Positions 28,405-41,300 of a DNA stretch of 64,000 bases are shown here, piece after piece. Both the position numbers and the translations under genes were made by a program. The notes under the pieces were generated by a model. That model searched no databases and was not told where the DNA came from. It saw only the letters and a program-made list of their open reading frames with translations. How positions within the stretch are numbered: the first letter of the stretch is position 1; each line of letters opens with the position of its first letter. The stretch is from Eledone cirrhosa (lineage: Eukaryota): assembly GCA_964016885.1 (NCBI GenBank), contig OZ024755.1:20770001-20834000 (forward strand). Direction: 5' to 3'.

Positions 28405-30847
28405 AATAGTTTTTTTTTATGTTTCTTCCATATCAATCTTCTAATGTCTCCCTGTGTTGATAATAATCCGCCTAAAACCGGTTCTGATTCTATGAAATAA
28501 AACCACTCATTTTAAAGGGTTCATATTTAAATTAAAATCGCCCAACATAATTATGTATCAAAATCAAAAGCTAAGTTTCTCTCTTAGTAAAAGGCGAAAA
28601 TGACGTGGGCAGTATATTTCATTAGAAATATGGTAACGAAATGGATAATGACATAGGAAGTGTATTTCGTAAGAAATATGGTAACAAAAAAGTCGATATT
28701 ATGTTTTACAATACTGAGTACACGACTGGCTGAAATTAGTCTGACTTATTACAACTCGGTTATCTTATTGGTGACGTCACAGGCATGAATCGATAATTTC
28801 CTTTTATTGGAAATGTTTTGTTTTGTTTGTTTGTTTTTTCATTATTAATACTATTAATATTATTTTTCAAACTCGGCTGAAGTGAACCCAACATTGCACA
28901 CTAATAAGTAAAGTTTTGGCCCCTTAACGCTTGTTAGAGTTGTAGGTGATACAAGGGGGGGGGGGGGGGGCGTGTGTTGGGAATGTTAAACCTTGTGGAG
29001 CCTATACTTCTCAAGGTTTGAAGACAGACGATTTCTTCCAGAGAAAGAAAGAAAAGAGCTAAGCACTGGACTATTTCTTTATTTATCAATCTCGAAAGGA
29101 TGAAAAACAAATTTAAAACCTCGGCGTTTTTTGAACTGAGTGCAGTGAACCTGAACAACTACCGAGGTATTTTCAATCGAACGCCCTAGCGGCTCTACTA
29201 ATTCTCCGTCCTTTTGTACAATAGAGTCTATTGACTTCCGGCTTTCTTGGCACTCGGATCACAGAGAAACCACAATTGTGATATTTTACAAGAATGAACA
29301 AAATTTTTGTGCATGAAAATAGTCCCTACAAATCTAGTGGAGATATTTACAGTCTATTAGCTACCATTACAGTATTTTTTCTTTTGTTTTAATTTTAATG
29401 CCGTTTACTATCAGATGCCAGCGGTTGAAACATATGATATCGTTTTATGAGCTTCACAACTATTAATTTTGATATAATTTAAATTATTTTCAATGAAAAA
29501 AAAGCAACATCATCTGTTTGTTATTCACACAGGAAAGTTTGTGCTGCCATCATGGTACTGATGGCGAAATATTACCGGATTTGCATAAAATTTGGAAAGA
29601 TTATTCTTTTTTATTATGCAAACAATAATTATAGCTGTGTTTTTTTCGGGGGGCTTTTTAAAATTTATTTCTGATATATTTTATTTTATTTCAGTACTTC
29701 CCCTTCTGAATGACATGTCAGCCTAGCCTGTACCAAAATTACGATGACCTTTTTTCAAGGGTGAAAGCTATTTTCCAATCGCCATTGTTTATTTATTTTA
29801 TTTATTTCATTTTTAAATAATTTTTTTTTTTTGCTTCTCTTTGTTTGATTTTTGCTGATTTGTTTTCTTAATGTTGCTATTGCATTTTTTTTTTGGGGGG
29901 GGGGGGGGGGGCTACAACTCATTGTCTCCCTAACGTCATGCAACAACCAGTTCAAGAGTTCAGAATGAAAAGTAAAGATTACAGACCTGGTCTTTATTAT
30001 TAATTAGCTGCCGTTATCTGAAGTAACTAAATAATCAAACACACTCTAGCCCCCCTTTTTCTGCAATAAATCGGATATCATCAGCACTTGTCGACATTAC
30101 AGTTACGGTAGGACACATTAAACGGATGGGGGAAGACAGCTTACATTATGGAGATGGATATTTGCTATTACGAGTGTATAAATATTGACATCCTATAAAT
30201 ATTTCTGTCGTGAACAAATTATAAACTAGATGTGCTTCTTGTGTCCTAGCTTGGCAACAGACAGAGAGACGGAGATGTTTCACTCGTGTTTGTCTGAAGG
30301 TTGTAATAATCGTTTCTACTTTTTTGGCACAAGGCCAGCAAATATCCCAGTGCATTACTGGTACTATATTTTATCGACCCCGTAAGAATGAAAGGCAAAG
30401 CAAACCTCGGCGGAATTTGAGGTTAACTTTGCCTTTCATCCTTAAGCCACAATACTAACGATACATAATTATATAAAGAGTAATATTAACAACTATAGCA
30501 ACAACAACTACTACTACTACAACGATAAAAAGAACAAATACAATAACTACTACTACTATACTACTACTACTACTACTACAACAACGATAACAAGAACAAC
30601 TACTATAACTACTACAACTACTACAACTATAACGATAAAAAGAACACCTACAACAACAACTATTACTACTACGACAGCTACTACAACAACAATTACAACA
30701 ACTACTATTTCTACTACTACAACAACTACTACTACTATAAAAAGAAGTTAAAATAAAGTTTCTTTAAATAGACACAGCCTGAATAACAAGCATAAGCACA
30801 ACAATGGCGTGTGTGTGTATGTCTATGTATGTGTATCTATGTGTGTA

Positions 30848-30930
<83 letters not shown>

Positions 30931-31472
30931 ATTTACAAATATATATATCTATGACAATATAGCAATGCATTATGACATTATGAAAATGAAAAATGGTTCC
31001 ATGAAATCCTGCTGAGACAAGAGTTGCTTCATAAATAAATGAAACGAATACGAGAGGAAGAGGAAGAAAATGTGTAAAAATACCATGAAATTGTTTTCAA
31101 TTAACAGATTAGTACAGATGGATCATAGAAATGTTTGTTTACATTATATGTCCTACAAAACAACGATTAGATATTAAAGCTGAACCTGAAAGAGTGGTAA
31201 AACCGCGGCTACACTTTATTTAATCCAAAAATCTCAGCTTAAACCAAATATCAGAAAAAAATTGAGTCAATAAGTGAAGACGCCTCTATTACTTAAAGTA
31301 GCAGTTCGAACTGCTAAAACTAGCAGACAAATCTCCCTCAGAACAACTCCATTCATCGCCACACCACCTGACCATCACCATCAACACTGCATCAGGTCTA
31401 TAAAAGATCCGGTAAATTGGATAATGTAGTCTTAAGTATACAGATATATATATATATAGAGAGAGAGAGATA

Positions 31473-31538
<66 letters not shown>

Positions 31539-32017
31539 CGAGTTGTGTCGAAGCTTGAACGACATTGACCACAAATGTGCTTAAAACAGAGCTGACCTAG
31601 GGCTAAACAACAACAGTTACAATCATTACAATAAAATATGTTGTGTTGCCAAGAGCAATGGAAAATCGTAGATTGTGGAGAGACTTTGTCAAGAATGTTC
31701 GAATGTGGTCGCAATGATGATGAAGATGATAGTGGTGGTGATGATGATGATGATGATGATTGGTGATAGCGATGATGATGATGATGATGCTGATGAACGT
31801 GTGTAAAAACAATTTGAAATATACGAGTCTTTAAAGACTAACGAAACCAATCGTCATAAAGTTCCAGTATGGCCGTAGTTCTTAGTAACACAACTGATAT
31901 ATGACTTTAGATTAATTTAGTCATAACTTAGGATGTCCTCTTACAGTATCACACACGCATACACACATGTGTGTATGCGTGGGGGTGTATATATATGTGT
32001 GTATACATGTATATGCG

Positions 32018-32048
<31 letters not shown>

Positions 32049-32369
32049 TATATATGTATATATATATATATGGGAAAGAATTAAACGAAATTTACAAATA
32101 AACCGAACATTATAATAAATGTTCGGTAAACCCATACGTGCATGTATGTGTGTGTGCATGTATGTATATATATACATACTACTGTGCGTGTGTACACATA
32201 CATACTATATATATATATATATATATGTATATATAAGCATAATTAAAAAATGCTTACGTATATCTACTTAATTCACCTTAATCCATTAGGAAATGTCACT
32301 GACAAAAATATTGACTTACAGGAAGAGGATGTTTCTGGTTTACATACATGTATGTATGTATGTATGTAT

Positions 32370-32980
32370 GTGTCAGGTCACCAGTTGGTGCTACTGGTAA
32401 CATGTATCCCAGTACAACCTGTCCCATGGTCGGGTCGTTGGCGACTAAACTGGCAACCCCACCAACGTTTCTTGGTGAGGAGGGTGACTTTCGACATCCT
32501 GCAGGACTAAAAACAAAACCTGTCAAAGGGCAAAGGAGGTCTTAAGAGTCAATGGCCATCCAAAATCACTGGGAGAGATGACCCCTTAGCCTTTGTCAAG
32601 GCAGAATTCTAGGAGAAGGAAAACTCTGATATAGCACCTGCAACCCTGATGGTATCCAATGATGTTGACTTGTTCTTCTTTTTGGTAAATATCATCTTGG
32701 TTAAGAGAGTGGGACTGGCTTTGTGCAGTGCCTTTGCTCACTATAAAAGCTTCACGGCACAGGCATTGCTTTATATCTGGAGATCTCTCTGCACTTGTCG
32801 TCACATGGTCCCAAAGGCAAAGCACTATGTGTCAATAATTGTCACAAGTGTAGTGTTTGTACCAGAGTTTTCAAGTCTCTGGCTGGACTAAAAAGTCACA
32901 CTCGTTCAGCGCATCGGTGGGGGTTCTCCTACATGGATATAAAGTGGTGGCCGTACTCGAAAACGAGTTGGCAGCCACCA
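32370..32980 (+). mobile_element. Short non-autonomous RTE-derived element with (ATGT)n tail; rearranged copy at 4310-5031
   Basis: RTE 5'UTR-like CTAGGAGAAGGAAAACTCTG plus terminal zinc knuckle CSVCTRVFKSLAGLKSHTRSAH. Confidence 0.7.
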
Positions 32981-34465
32981 TGTATGTATGTATGTATGTA
33001 TGTATTTATGTATGTATGCACCACATAACGTTTCTTTTTGACTGCAGTAGCAACACCATTTTCTTCAAGGAAGAATGGATCAACTAACCTTCTCTCAGAA
33101 ATGGCAGCGAAGACTGTACATTTAGCCTAGTGGAGAGGTTTTACAGTCACTTCAGTGGGTTTCTCTGACTTCCAGAACACATTGTTCTTAGAACAGATCT
33201 TCAGCTCTAAGTGAATGTGGAGAAGATGAAAATCCGACGCAGGGTTGCAAAAAACAGTCTTATTAATATCACGCTTAGGAGTCAAAAGATGAAATGATCG
33301 AGGAAGGGGTGACAGGTGGAACAAAGAAGGAGAAAGATTTGGGGAAGGGTCGCAATCGATGGTGCCTATTTTGAAGAGGGTGGAGCGGACAGTGGCCCGT
33401 ATGAGCAGACGGAATGAACGGGTGAAGATGGGCTCGGTGCAAGATAAAAATTGAAAGACAAACACGGATAAGAATTACAGGGGGTATTATTAGGTTAAGA
33501 TGGCGAATTGACAGAGTCGTTAGAACGTCGGATAGAATGCTTTGAGGTATTCGTTTCGGTTCTCTGCGCTACGAGCTCATATGCCGCCGAGATCACTTTT
33601 GCCTTTCATCCGTTGAAGGTCGATAAAAGCAGTACCAGTCGAGTTCTGGGGTTGATTCTTCCTCTATATCTCTTTCTCACTTCCATTCTTTTAATCTCTC
33701 TGTCTTTCTCTAGAAAAAAAAATCTGCTGTATTCAGACCTGGAGAGGATTGGGTTCTGCCAGGTTTAAAAATACCCAAGAAACAGGAGTTACGGGATTAT
33801 GTCATGCCAAGCCATTATTAGGTTAAGATTCGTAAGAAAAGGAAAGAGAAATGTCTTTAACGTATCATATACCATTTCAATGATTTCATGAAAGTCAATT
33901 AATTAATATAATTGTCACAAACAGAAATTAGAAAATTAATTGTGGTCAAAATGTCAGCTGTATGACTTAAGTGGGTGTTTCACTGTTGAAATATTTGAAA
34001 ATATCTGACCAGAGGTGATTTAGAAGCATTGAATTGAACTTTCTGGAAATATCAGATTTCAAATTAACATGTAAATTTACTAGTTTCACAATTCCACAAT
34101 GAAATCAGTGTATATATCACTCATCTTCGCCTCTCTGTCAAATGACAAATTTTTCACTGATTGCACTTTCACAACCTAGAATGTAGTAATTACTGTTAAT
34201 TAGAAATGATTCCAAACCAAAGTCTTTTCATTTGCTTAGATATCATAACAAATTCTTTTCTGATCACTCTCTGCTATGGCTCTCAGTCGATTCCAACGAT
34301 GAGTGTTTTAGCTCTTCAATCAATGGTATGGTATGGTATGGTATGGTATAGCCTGCTCGTGAAATTTGCGTGAAAGTGGCTGAGCATTCCACAAACACAT
34401 GTACCCTTAACGCCTTAACGTGAGCTGCACGCACACACCATATATACAGTGAGTATGTGTGTGTG

Positions 34466-34503
<38 letters not shown>

Positions 34504-34584
34504 ACACACTTTTTCCTCTTTGTTTTTCTTTGCTTGTTTCCTTAAAGCTTACCATCATTCCGTTGGTATACATCTATTATACAA

Positions 34585-34650
34585 TGTACACCTGATGAAG
34601 TCACCGGGTTCTTACGCAACCTGGCCACTGAAATGTGCATAGTCTTTACA
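34585..34650 (+). ncRNA. Type I hammerhead in a (TA)n-flanked island (34501-34710)
   Basis: ACAC-CTGATGA-AGT..CCGGGTT..AACCTGG..ACT-GAAA-TGtgCA-TA^-GTCT; one helix I mismatch; AATAAA follows. Confidence 0.7.
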
Positions 34651-34767
34651 GTAATAAAACAATTAAAGAAATTCAACATAGTTGGCCTCCTGTCGTTTCA
34701 CTTTATAATATATATATAAGAACCAGTAATACACTGGCATAATTGCTGGCCTTGTGCCAAAAGTAGA

Positions 34768-34813
<46 letters not shown>

Positions 34814-34863
34814 TAAAAATAATGAATAAAAACAAAGAAACAGTTCCTTATATTAAAAAATCC

Positions 34864-34997
34864 ATCATTTTACGATCGTTTCTAGGATATATATGTTTGT
34901 GTTGGTATGTATATCATATAGATCTATGTAAAATTGTTACAAACTATCAGAGGGAATATATATACCTACACATATATATGCTGTCTTCAGAAATAAT
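34864..34997 (-). ncRNA. Type I hammerhead with ~100-nt helix II (family Q); truncated copy at 3017-3150(-)
   Basis: Minus strand: ATTATTT-CTGAAGA-CAGCATATATATGT...ACATATATATCCTA-GAAA-CGatCG-TA^-AAATGAT. Confidence 0.75.
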
Positions 34998-35077
34998 TAT
35001 ATTTGTTTATTGAAAAAAACCGTACATTTTGGTAGATTTGTTTATTGAAAAAAACCGTACATTTTGGTAGATTTATC

Positions 35078-35114
<37 letters not shown>

Positions 35115-35115
<1 letters not shown>

Positions 35116-35335
35116 AGTCGATCGACTTTCGTCAAATCGGACCGAGAAAACAATGTTTCCGTTGGTCTTTCCAATTGCTAATACTCTCTATCGGTCGCAA
35201 CTCCAGGTAGAAAGAGCAACGTGAAATAAAGTGTCTTGCTCAAGGACATAACGCTTCGCCTGGTCCGAGAATCGAACTCTCAACCTCACGATTGCGAATC
35301 GAATTCTCTAACCACCCAGCCACACGCCTTCACCA
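35115..35335 (-). mobile_element. tRNA-SINE with CORE/Meta-like domain; second copy 50148-50357(+), relative 51620-51870(-)
   Basis: GAAGGCGTGTGG..GAGTTCGATTC..GTCCTTGAGCAAGACACTTTATTTCACGTTGCTC. Confidence 0.75.
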
Positions 35336-35530
35336 CATATATATATATATACAGAACCACCTGCCTCTTTGAGGTCAAATACCAACCTACTACCATCTAC
35401 AAACTGACCAATGAGAATCAAGACTATTCCTGCTGACAACATCAAAGTATTCCTAACAAGCTCATATGTCCCAAGGCTCTGATACCATCAACACTATACA
35501 CACAGAGCTGGCATATCTAAGAACTGACTA

Positions 35531-35586
35531 ACTGCCTGATGAGGTCATAGCCATTCAATGGCTATCATCGAAATATATATAGCAGT
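35531..35586 (+). ncRNA. Type I hammerhead ribozyme, intact
   Basis: ACTGC-CTGATGA-GGTcATAGCCATtcaATGGCTATcATC-GAAA-TATATA-TA^-GCAGT, then AATAAA and (TA)n. Confidence 0.9.
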
Positions 35587-35631
35587 AAATAAAGGATTAT
35601 GAGTTCATGCAATTGACTTATGTTTCGTCAC

Positions 35632-35660
<29 letters not shown>

Positions 35661-35662
<2 letters not shown>

Positions 35663-35796
35663 TTATTAAAATAACAGATTAAACTTTAATCTGTTATTTT
35701 AATAAATATTTGCTCTACGGTTCTTATATATTTGATATATATTTATCCTTATCGAGCCCTCTTTGGATTTTAGTCTTCAAATTTATTATTATTACT
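35661..35796 (+). mobile_element. Family K 3' fragment with short fold-back, starting at the predicted cleavage site
   Basis: ATTTATTAAAATAACAGATTAAA-C-TTTAATCTGTTATTTTAATAAAT palindrome; remainder matches the reverse complement of 38755-38865. Confidence 0.75.
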
Positions 35797-35800
35797 ATAT

Positions 35801-35917
<117 letters not shown>

Positions 35918-36961
35918 GTGTTCTTGCTGTTGTTATTACTGCTGTTGATGCTTCTACTTCAACTACTACTATTGCTATTGCTGTTGCAGTCTTTTCTCTA
36001 TAGACATACTGTTCCAAGTAGTTACTGTCGTTAACCCTTAATATTATTTGTTACTGCCCTAGTCCAGTAAATGAACCACATTGTGCATTTTGTTTGACCC
36101 GGTTCTGCGCATTTAACCCTACCGCCCGATAGTCCACGCAACACTTGACCTTTTAACAAATATGACACGTTTTAAATTCATTTGAACTAAGCTTTTCCAC
36201 CAGCGTAACAAGCAGACAGCAGGATTATATTTTAATGTACTTAACACCAACGCCTTTTTTTTCTTTTATCAAAACCTATACGAGCGAATTGGCAGAGTCA
36301 TTACGACGTTGGATAGAATGCTTTACGGTACTCGTCCCACCCCATTGCGCGCTCTGAGTTCAAAACCTACCGGGGTCAACTTTGTATTTTGTCTTTTCAA
36401 GGTCGATAAAAAAAAAAAAAGTACCAGTCCAGTACTGTGGTCGATTCTTCTTCTATAGAAAAAAATCAGCTGTGTTCAGACCTGGAGAGGGTTGGGCTCG
36501 GCCAGGTTTAAAAGAGCCCTAGCCACGCCGTATGACGATGCCGCTACGACTAAAACGTGTTTCTTAGGCTTATGAAGGGTAATTAATAGAACAGGGAACA
36601 GAATAGTTTCTACTCTTGGCACAAGGCCAGCAATTTGAATGAAATGAGAAAGTCATAACGCACCATTCATTTGCTGGCCTTAGATCAAAAATAAAAACAA
36701 AAATTTACAACCGATACTACGACGTTTTAATGAAAGAAACTTTTAAATCGCTTAGTCGCCGTATGTTTTATTTTGTCAATAATTCTCATCGTCTTTCTAT
36801 TACAATGACGTCATAAGAACAAGATACACGTGTTAAGTTTTGTTCAAAAACCAGTTTCCATTAAAGCATACTAACTGATCTTCCTAGTATAACCTGACTA
36901 AAATGACCGATAAATTGAATTTAAGAATATATTCAATGAAGCTGAGTGTGAATAAACTCAA

Positions 36962-37143
36962 TAATAATTGTTTCTACTTTTAGCACAAGGCCAGCAATTA
37001 CCCAGAGTGTACTTTATTTTATCGACCCCGTAAGGATGAAAGGCAAAGTTAACCTCGGCGGGATTGGAACTCAGAATGGCAAGGGCCGTAACTCGATGCG
37101 TCAAAGCATAGCGTCCGACCCTCTACTGATACTGCCAATCCAC
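36962..37143 (-). mobile_element. Nin-type SINE
   Basis: Matches the SINE consensus. Confidence 0.85.
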
Positions 37144-37271
37144 ATGTCATATTGACTCAATGAATTCTTAAGGGTAAGAGTTGTGATTATTTTATTGACA
37201 TTGAAAGATTTCATCGGAGTCTATTAACCTATCTTACTTCCTGCTTCTTCCATTCTCATACACATATGTAT

Positions 37272-37368
37272 GTAGTCCGATGAGCTTACGATTCCAGAGT
37301 CGAGCCCGATCGATCCAGACCGAACCTTGAGATGATCAATCGCGAAACGCACGTCACACCTCAATAAA
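37272..37368 (+). ncRNA. Family P hammerhead, CCGATGA core
   Basis: GT-CCGATGA-GC...GC-GAAA-CGcaCG-TC^-AC..AATAAA; homologous to 15560-15671. A decayed relative with CTGAGGA lies at ~25610-25690(-). Confidence 0.65.
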
Positions 37369-37371
37369 TGT

Positions 37372-37546
37372 ATTGGCAGTATCGGTAGAGGGACGGACGC
37401 CATGCTTTCCAGCATAGTTACGTCCCTTTACGATCTGAGTTCAAATCCCGCCGAGGTTGACTTTGCCTTTCATCCTTACGGGGTCGATAAAATAAAGTAC
37501 CAGTAATACACTGGGTAATTGCTGGCCTTGTGCCTAAAGTGGAAAC

Positions 37547-37550
<4 letters not shown>
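37372..37550 (+). mobile_element. Nin-type SINE directly after the family P hammerhead
   Basis: Matches the SINE consensus. Confidence 0.85.
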
Positions 37551-37626
<76 letters not shown>

Positions 37627-37765
37627 TTACATACATACATACAGAATATATATCGTGGTATGACACGCTGTTATACATTGAAACCTATGTAGAATTAAAA
37701 TTATGTTTTAAATATAACTTGGTTATTCTATCTCCAGATATATATATCTATATATCTAGGGAGTG

Positions 37766-37828
<63 letters not shown>

Positions 37829-37956
37829 TTTATCCCGGGTTCAATCGGGAGTAACCACAGTAAGTAAGGTACTCAATACAAAGCAGAGTATAAATATTTA
37901 ATATAGAAAAAGCTTCTACAGGACTAGAACTGTTTCATTCAGGAGAAATCATCAGG

Positions 37957-38005
37957 GCTTCCTGATGATTTCTCCGGAATGAAACAGTTCTCGTCCTGTA
38001 GAAGC
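37957..38005 (+). ncRNA. Type I hammerhead ribozyme (family B); mirror copy on minus strand at 37912-37956
   Basis: GCTTC-CTGATGA-T-TTCtccgGAA-T-GAAA-CAGttctcgtcCTG-TA^-GAAGC. Confidence 0.85.
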
Positions 38006-38754
38006 ATTTTCTATATTAAATATATATATATATATATATAAGGAATTCACAGTGGCTGGATGATATGAGTAGAATGTATTTTCCCAAAGTGTCAAGCAAT
38101 GAAATTGAACATGCAACCATTTAGTCAGGAACTAATCTTATTAACCACCCAGTTTATGTCTTACTCTACGACTGTCGGCCCTAACATATTATACTCACAC
38201 CACATGTTTATTTCACTACTTCTCATCATATAAAGCCTATGTTGTGTTAACTAAACAATCAATTATTTATATATAATATCAACTGTACAGCATCGGTCAG
38301 ACAGTAAATATTTACAGATTCTACTGAACCACTCGATGTCAAATTATTCAGCATTAGTTCACTGTGGGAATCAAATCCCGCTGAGGTCAACTTTGTCGTT
38401 CATCTTTCCTAGAAAATGTCATAAACACTCTCATTCTTCCTTTGATTAAACCATAAAAACATAGATATTAATATTCTAAACAATGAGAGAAAGATGGAGA
38501 GGGGGGGGGGGCTCTTAACTCTTGATGGAATCGTAGGGGTGCCTTCCTGACACATGGCATTTCGGGCATTTTTATCACATGGAGCCCATCCCAAACATTC
38601 ACAAAAGAATTTTGTTCTTGAAAAACCTACATCAATAAGTGTGTTTTTTGCAACATTGAAAACACACACACATACACACACATATATATATATATAGGGC
38701 GAAAGTTATCATATAGCTACACACACACTCACATATGATATATATATATATATA

Positions 38755-39312
38755 GTAATAATAATAAATTTGAAGACTAAAATCCAAAGAGGGCTCGATA
38801 AGGATAAATATATATCAAATATATAAGAACCGTAAAGCAAATATTTATTAAAATAACAGATTAAAGTTTAAGCAAAGAATCGCTGCTTTCACCCTTAACG
38901 GGATCTTCTGAAACTAACAAAGTCAATCTGTGAACGCAGAAGTGAATATTTCAAAAAACATTGCAACCGGAGGAAGACAGGAAGACGATACTTTGGTTCA
39001 TGGAAACGTTCCCTGGCAAAGAACGGGAAAAAACGAATATAATACGTCATTATTTGGAGCGGTGAAAAACAATTACACGCAAAGACAAAACCACGTTTAT
39101 GGTATAAAAGAAGTCGTAGACTAATATTCTATTAGGTGGTTCATAGAGACGTTCTCTGGCAATGAACGGAAAAAACGAAGAAAATACGTCATATGTGGAG
39201 CGGAGAGAACAATTGCACGCAAAGACAAAACCACTTTGTTAGTTTCAGAAGATCCCGTTAAGGGTGAAAGCAGCGATTCTTTGCTTAAACTTTAATCTGT
39301 TATTTTAATAAA
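38755..39312. mobile_element. Family K element in (TA)n: long minus-strand copy plus inverted short copy, hammerheads at 38865-38915(-) and 39241-39291(+)
   Basis: Homologous to 11790-12005, 35661-35796 and 50385-50430; internal ~90-bp direct repeat (about 39005-39095 and 39148-39235). Confidence 0.75.
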
Positions 39313-39329
39313 TATATATATATATATAT

Positions 39330-39777
39330 ATCTTCTAGTGTGTCCATGTAGGGGCTCCCAAAGGAGCACTGAGTGCAATGTCAACTCTGGATGTCGGTGA
39401 GCATGTCCAGCTAACCTCAGTCTCCTCTGTGTCACTTTTGAGCTGACTTTTGGGATGCTCCCATACAGCTCTGAGTTTTTCATCCTCAGTGTATACTGAT
39501 TAATGTTCAGAGCCATCCTCAGCATTCTCGTGTAGCACCCATCCACCATCTGAGTGAGTTTCTTGGTCAGTGTCCATGTCTCAGACCCATACAGCAGCAC
39601 AGACTCTACTACAGCAATGAAGAGGAAGACCAAGGTTAACGTATGTTGATGCCCTAAGGACAGACACTGGTCTGTTGGAGACGCAGGACATGGCAGAGAT
39701 AATGAGGGACAGAGACCGCTGGAGAGAACTCATCCATGGATCTCGGGAATTTTACCCGCCTTAGAATAGAATAGAAT
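39330..39777. mobile_element. RTE LINE 3' end with inverted 5' part; (ATAGA)n tail
   Basis: 39330-39620(-) encodes ESVLLYGSETWTL..WEPLHGHT; 39620-39762(+) continues RGRPRLTYVD. Confidence 0.88.
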
Positions 39778-39989
39778 ATATATATATTGGTAAAAGGAAA
39801 AGAAAATGCTGACAAATTGTTCCCAGTGAAAAATAGTTTAATTAGGAATAAGTAAAAATTAGTAATAAGTATTGATTAGTATTCAGTTTTAGTTTTAAGT
39901 TTTTACCGGTTGCGCATTTCTAATGCTTTTCAAAAATAATTTTGAGATAGAGCGCCCGTGATGTTTGCTCTAATCTGATTAGTTTATAT

Positions 39990-40573
39990 ATATCATATGA
40001 CAATTCATCAACAACAATACAGGATTCAATGCAAGGTGCATTTAGGCAGGCAATTAAAATTTCAAGTGCTAAAAAAGCATAAGCTTACGTAGGTTTTCAG
40101 ACATGCCTGCATGAACCACTTATGAAAGCATCCATTTGAAATGCCTCTGTGATATAAAATTAGTTTTACTCTAGAATCTGATTAGAAAAATATGTAGCTA
40201 TATACATATATGTTTAAAATATATGTTTCAAAAATATATGTTTGAAAAATAGATAATTTTCTTCTGTACCTACATGAGACTCATGACTACCGAAAACTCT
40301 AAATATTTTCAAATCCTTCTAAGATAAATAACTGAACGTACTGCTCTAAATCTTTAATAGAAAAAAATTAACAACCCCTGTTGTAACCAATTCATAGTTT
40401 TAACATATTTTAACACATTTTTCTGAAGAAACACTGATAAATTTATAATTTTGCATGTCTGAAAACCTCCGCAAGCTTTTTTTTTTTTTTTTTTGCACTT
40501 GAAATTTTAATTGCCTGCCTAAATGCAACTTGCTTTGAATCCTATATTCTTCTTGATAACATGTCTTATGACA
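39990..40573. mobile_element. Long-TIR MITE (~115-bp imperfect TIRs)
   Basis: 39990-40106 is the reverse complement of 40453-40573 (GCATTTAGGCAGGCAATTAAAATTTCAAGTGC). Confidence 0.78.
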
Positions 40574-40600
40574 TTAATTAATTTATTGTTATTTTATTAT

Positions 40601-40733
40601 ATACATATTTCCTGAAGAGATATGCTCTAAATAAAGCACCCATAATGTAGCAAATAATTAAATGGTAATATCCAGTTCTCTCCACAAATATATGCGATAT
40701 TCTAGCCGCGTTGAAACGTTCGTAGACATGTAT
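40601..40733 (+). ncRNA. Degenerate hammerhead with long helix II
   Basis: CTGAAGA (40612) ... GAAA-CGttCG-TA^-GACATGTAT; partial helix I with the upstream ATACATATTTC; AATAAA follows; island ends in (TA)n at ~40900. Confidence 0.5.
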
Positions 40734-40898
40734 AAATAAATAATAATATACTATCCTTGACTTTCTTAAAATTTGAATCGTAAAATCTCTGCTACGGGAA
40801 CTACCCTTTATCCATCCAGTTTTCTTTTCACACCAGAACAGAGAACGGCAAAATACATCGAGCTTATCTCATCTTACCAATGAATGTATTACACTATA

Positions 40899-40940
<42 letters not shown>

Positions 40941-40944
<4 letters not shown>

Positions 40945-41137
40945 AACGAGTAGGACCCCGACGGCTGAGCTCAAGCCGTTTCGACGGCTAATTCTAGACG
41001 TCCAGAATTAGCCGTCGAAACGGCTTGAGCTCAGCCGTCGGGGTCCTACTCGTTCCTATTACCCACTCTACTACCCTAAGTATTGAGTACTTTGGAGCGT
41101 TATGGTCCACCTGGTTCCTTACCACATTTCCTTCGTT
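40941..41137. mobile_element. Family C palindromic element in (TA)n (59-bp arms, centre 40999/41000) carrying a hammerhead 3' half
   Basis: GAAA-CGGCTtgagctcAGCCG-TC^-GGGGTC; arms 40941-40999 and 41000-41058 have one mismatch. Confidence 0.8.
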
Positions 41138-41300
41138 ATATATATATATATATATATATAGGGGCCAGCTGTCGAAGAAACAACACCATGCGTTCGGGCG
41201 GCCCACTGTATCACGAAAAGAAAATCTTTTTCGGAGAAATTATTGGATTTTTCCAAATTTAAAGGTTTATTGGGACTTTCAATATTTATTTTAGGGTTTG

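Noticed and set aside
28765-28782. ATTGG plus TGACGTCA promoter-like motifs (TGACGTCA also near 36806 and 51406)
   Set aside because: Short motifs with no identifiable downstream gene.
32375-32460. HDV-like ribozyme at the RTE-derived 5' end
   Set aside because: P1 could not be placed in canonical order; kept only as an unclassified structure.
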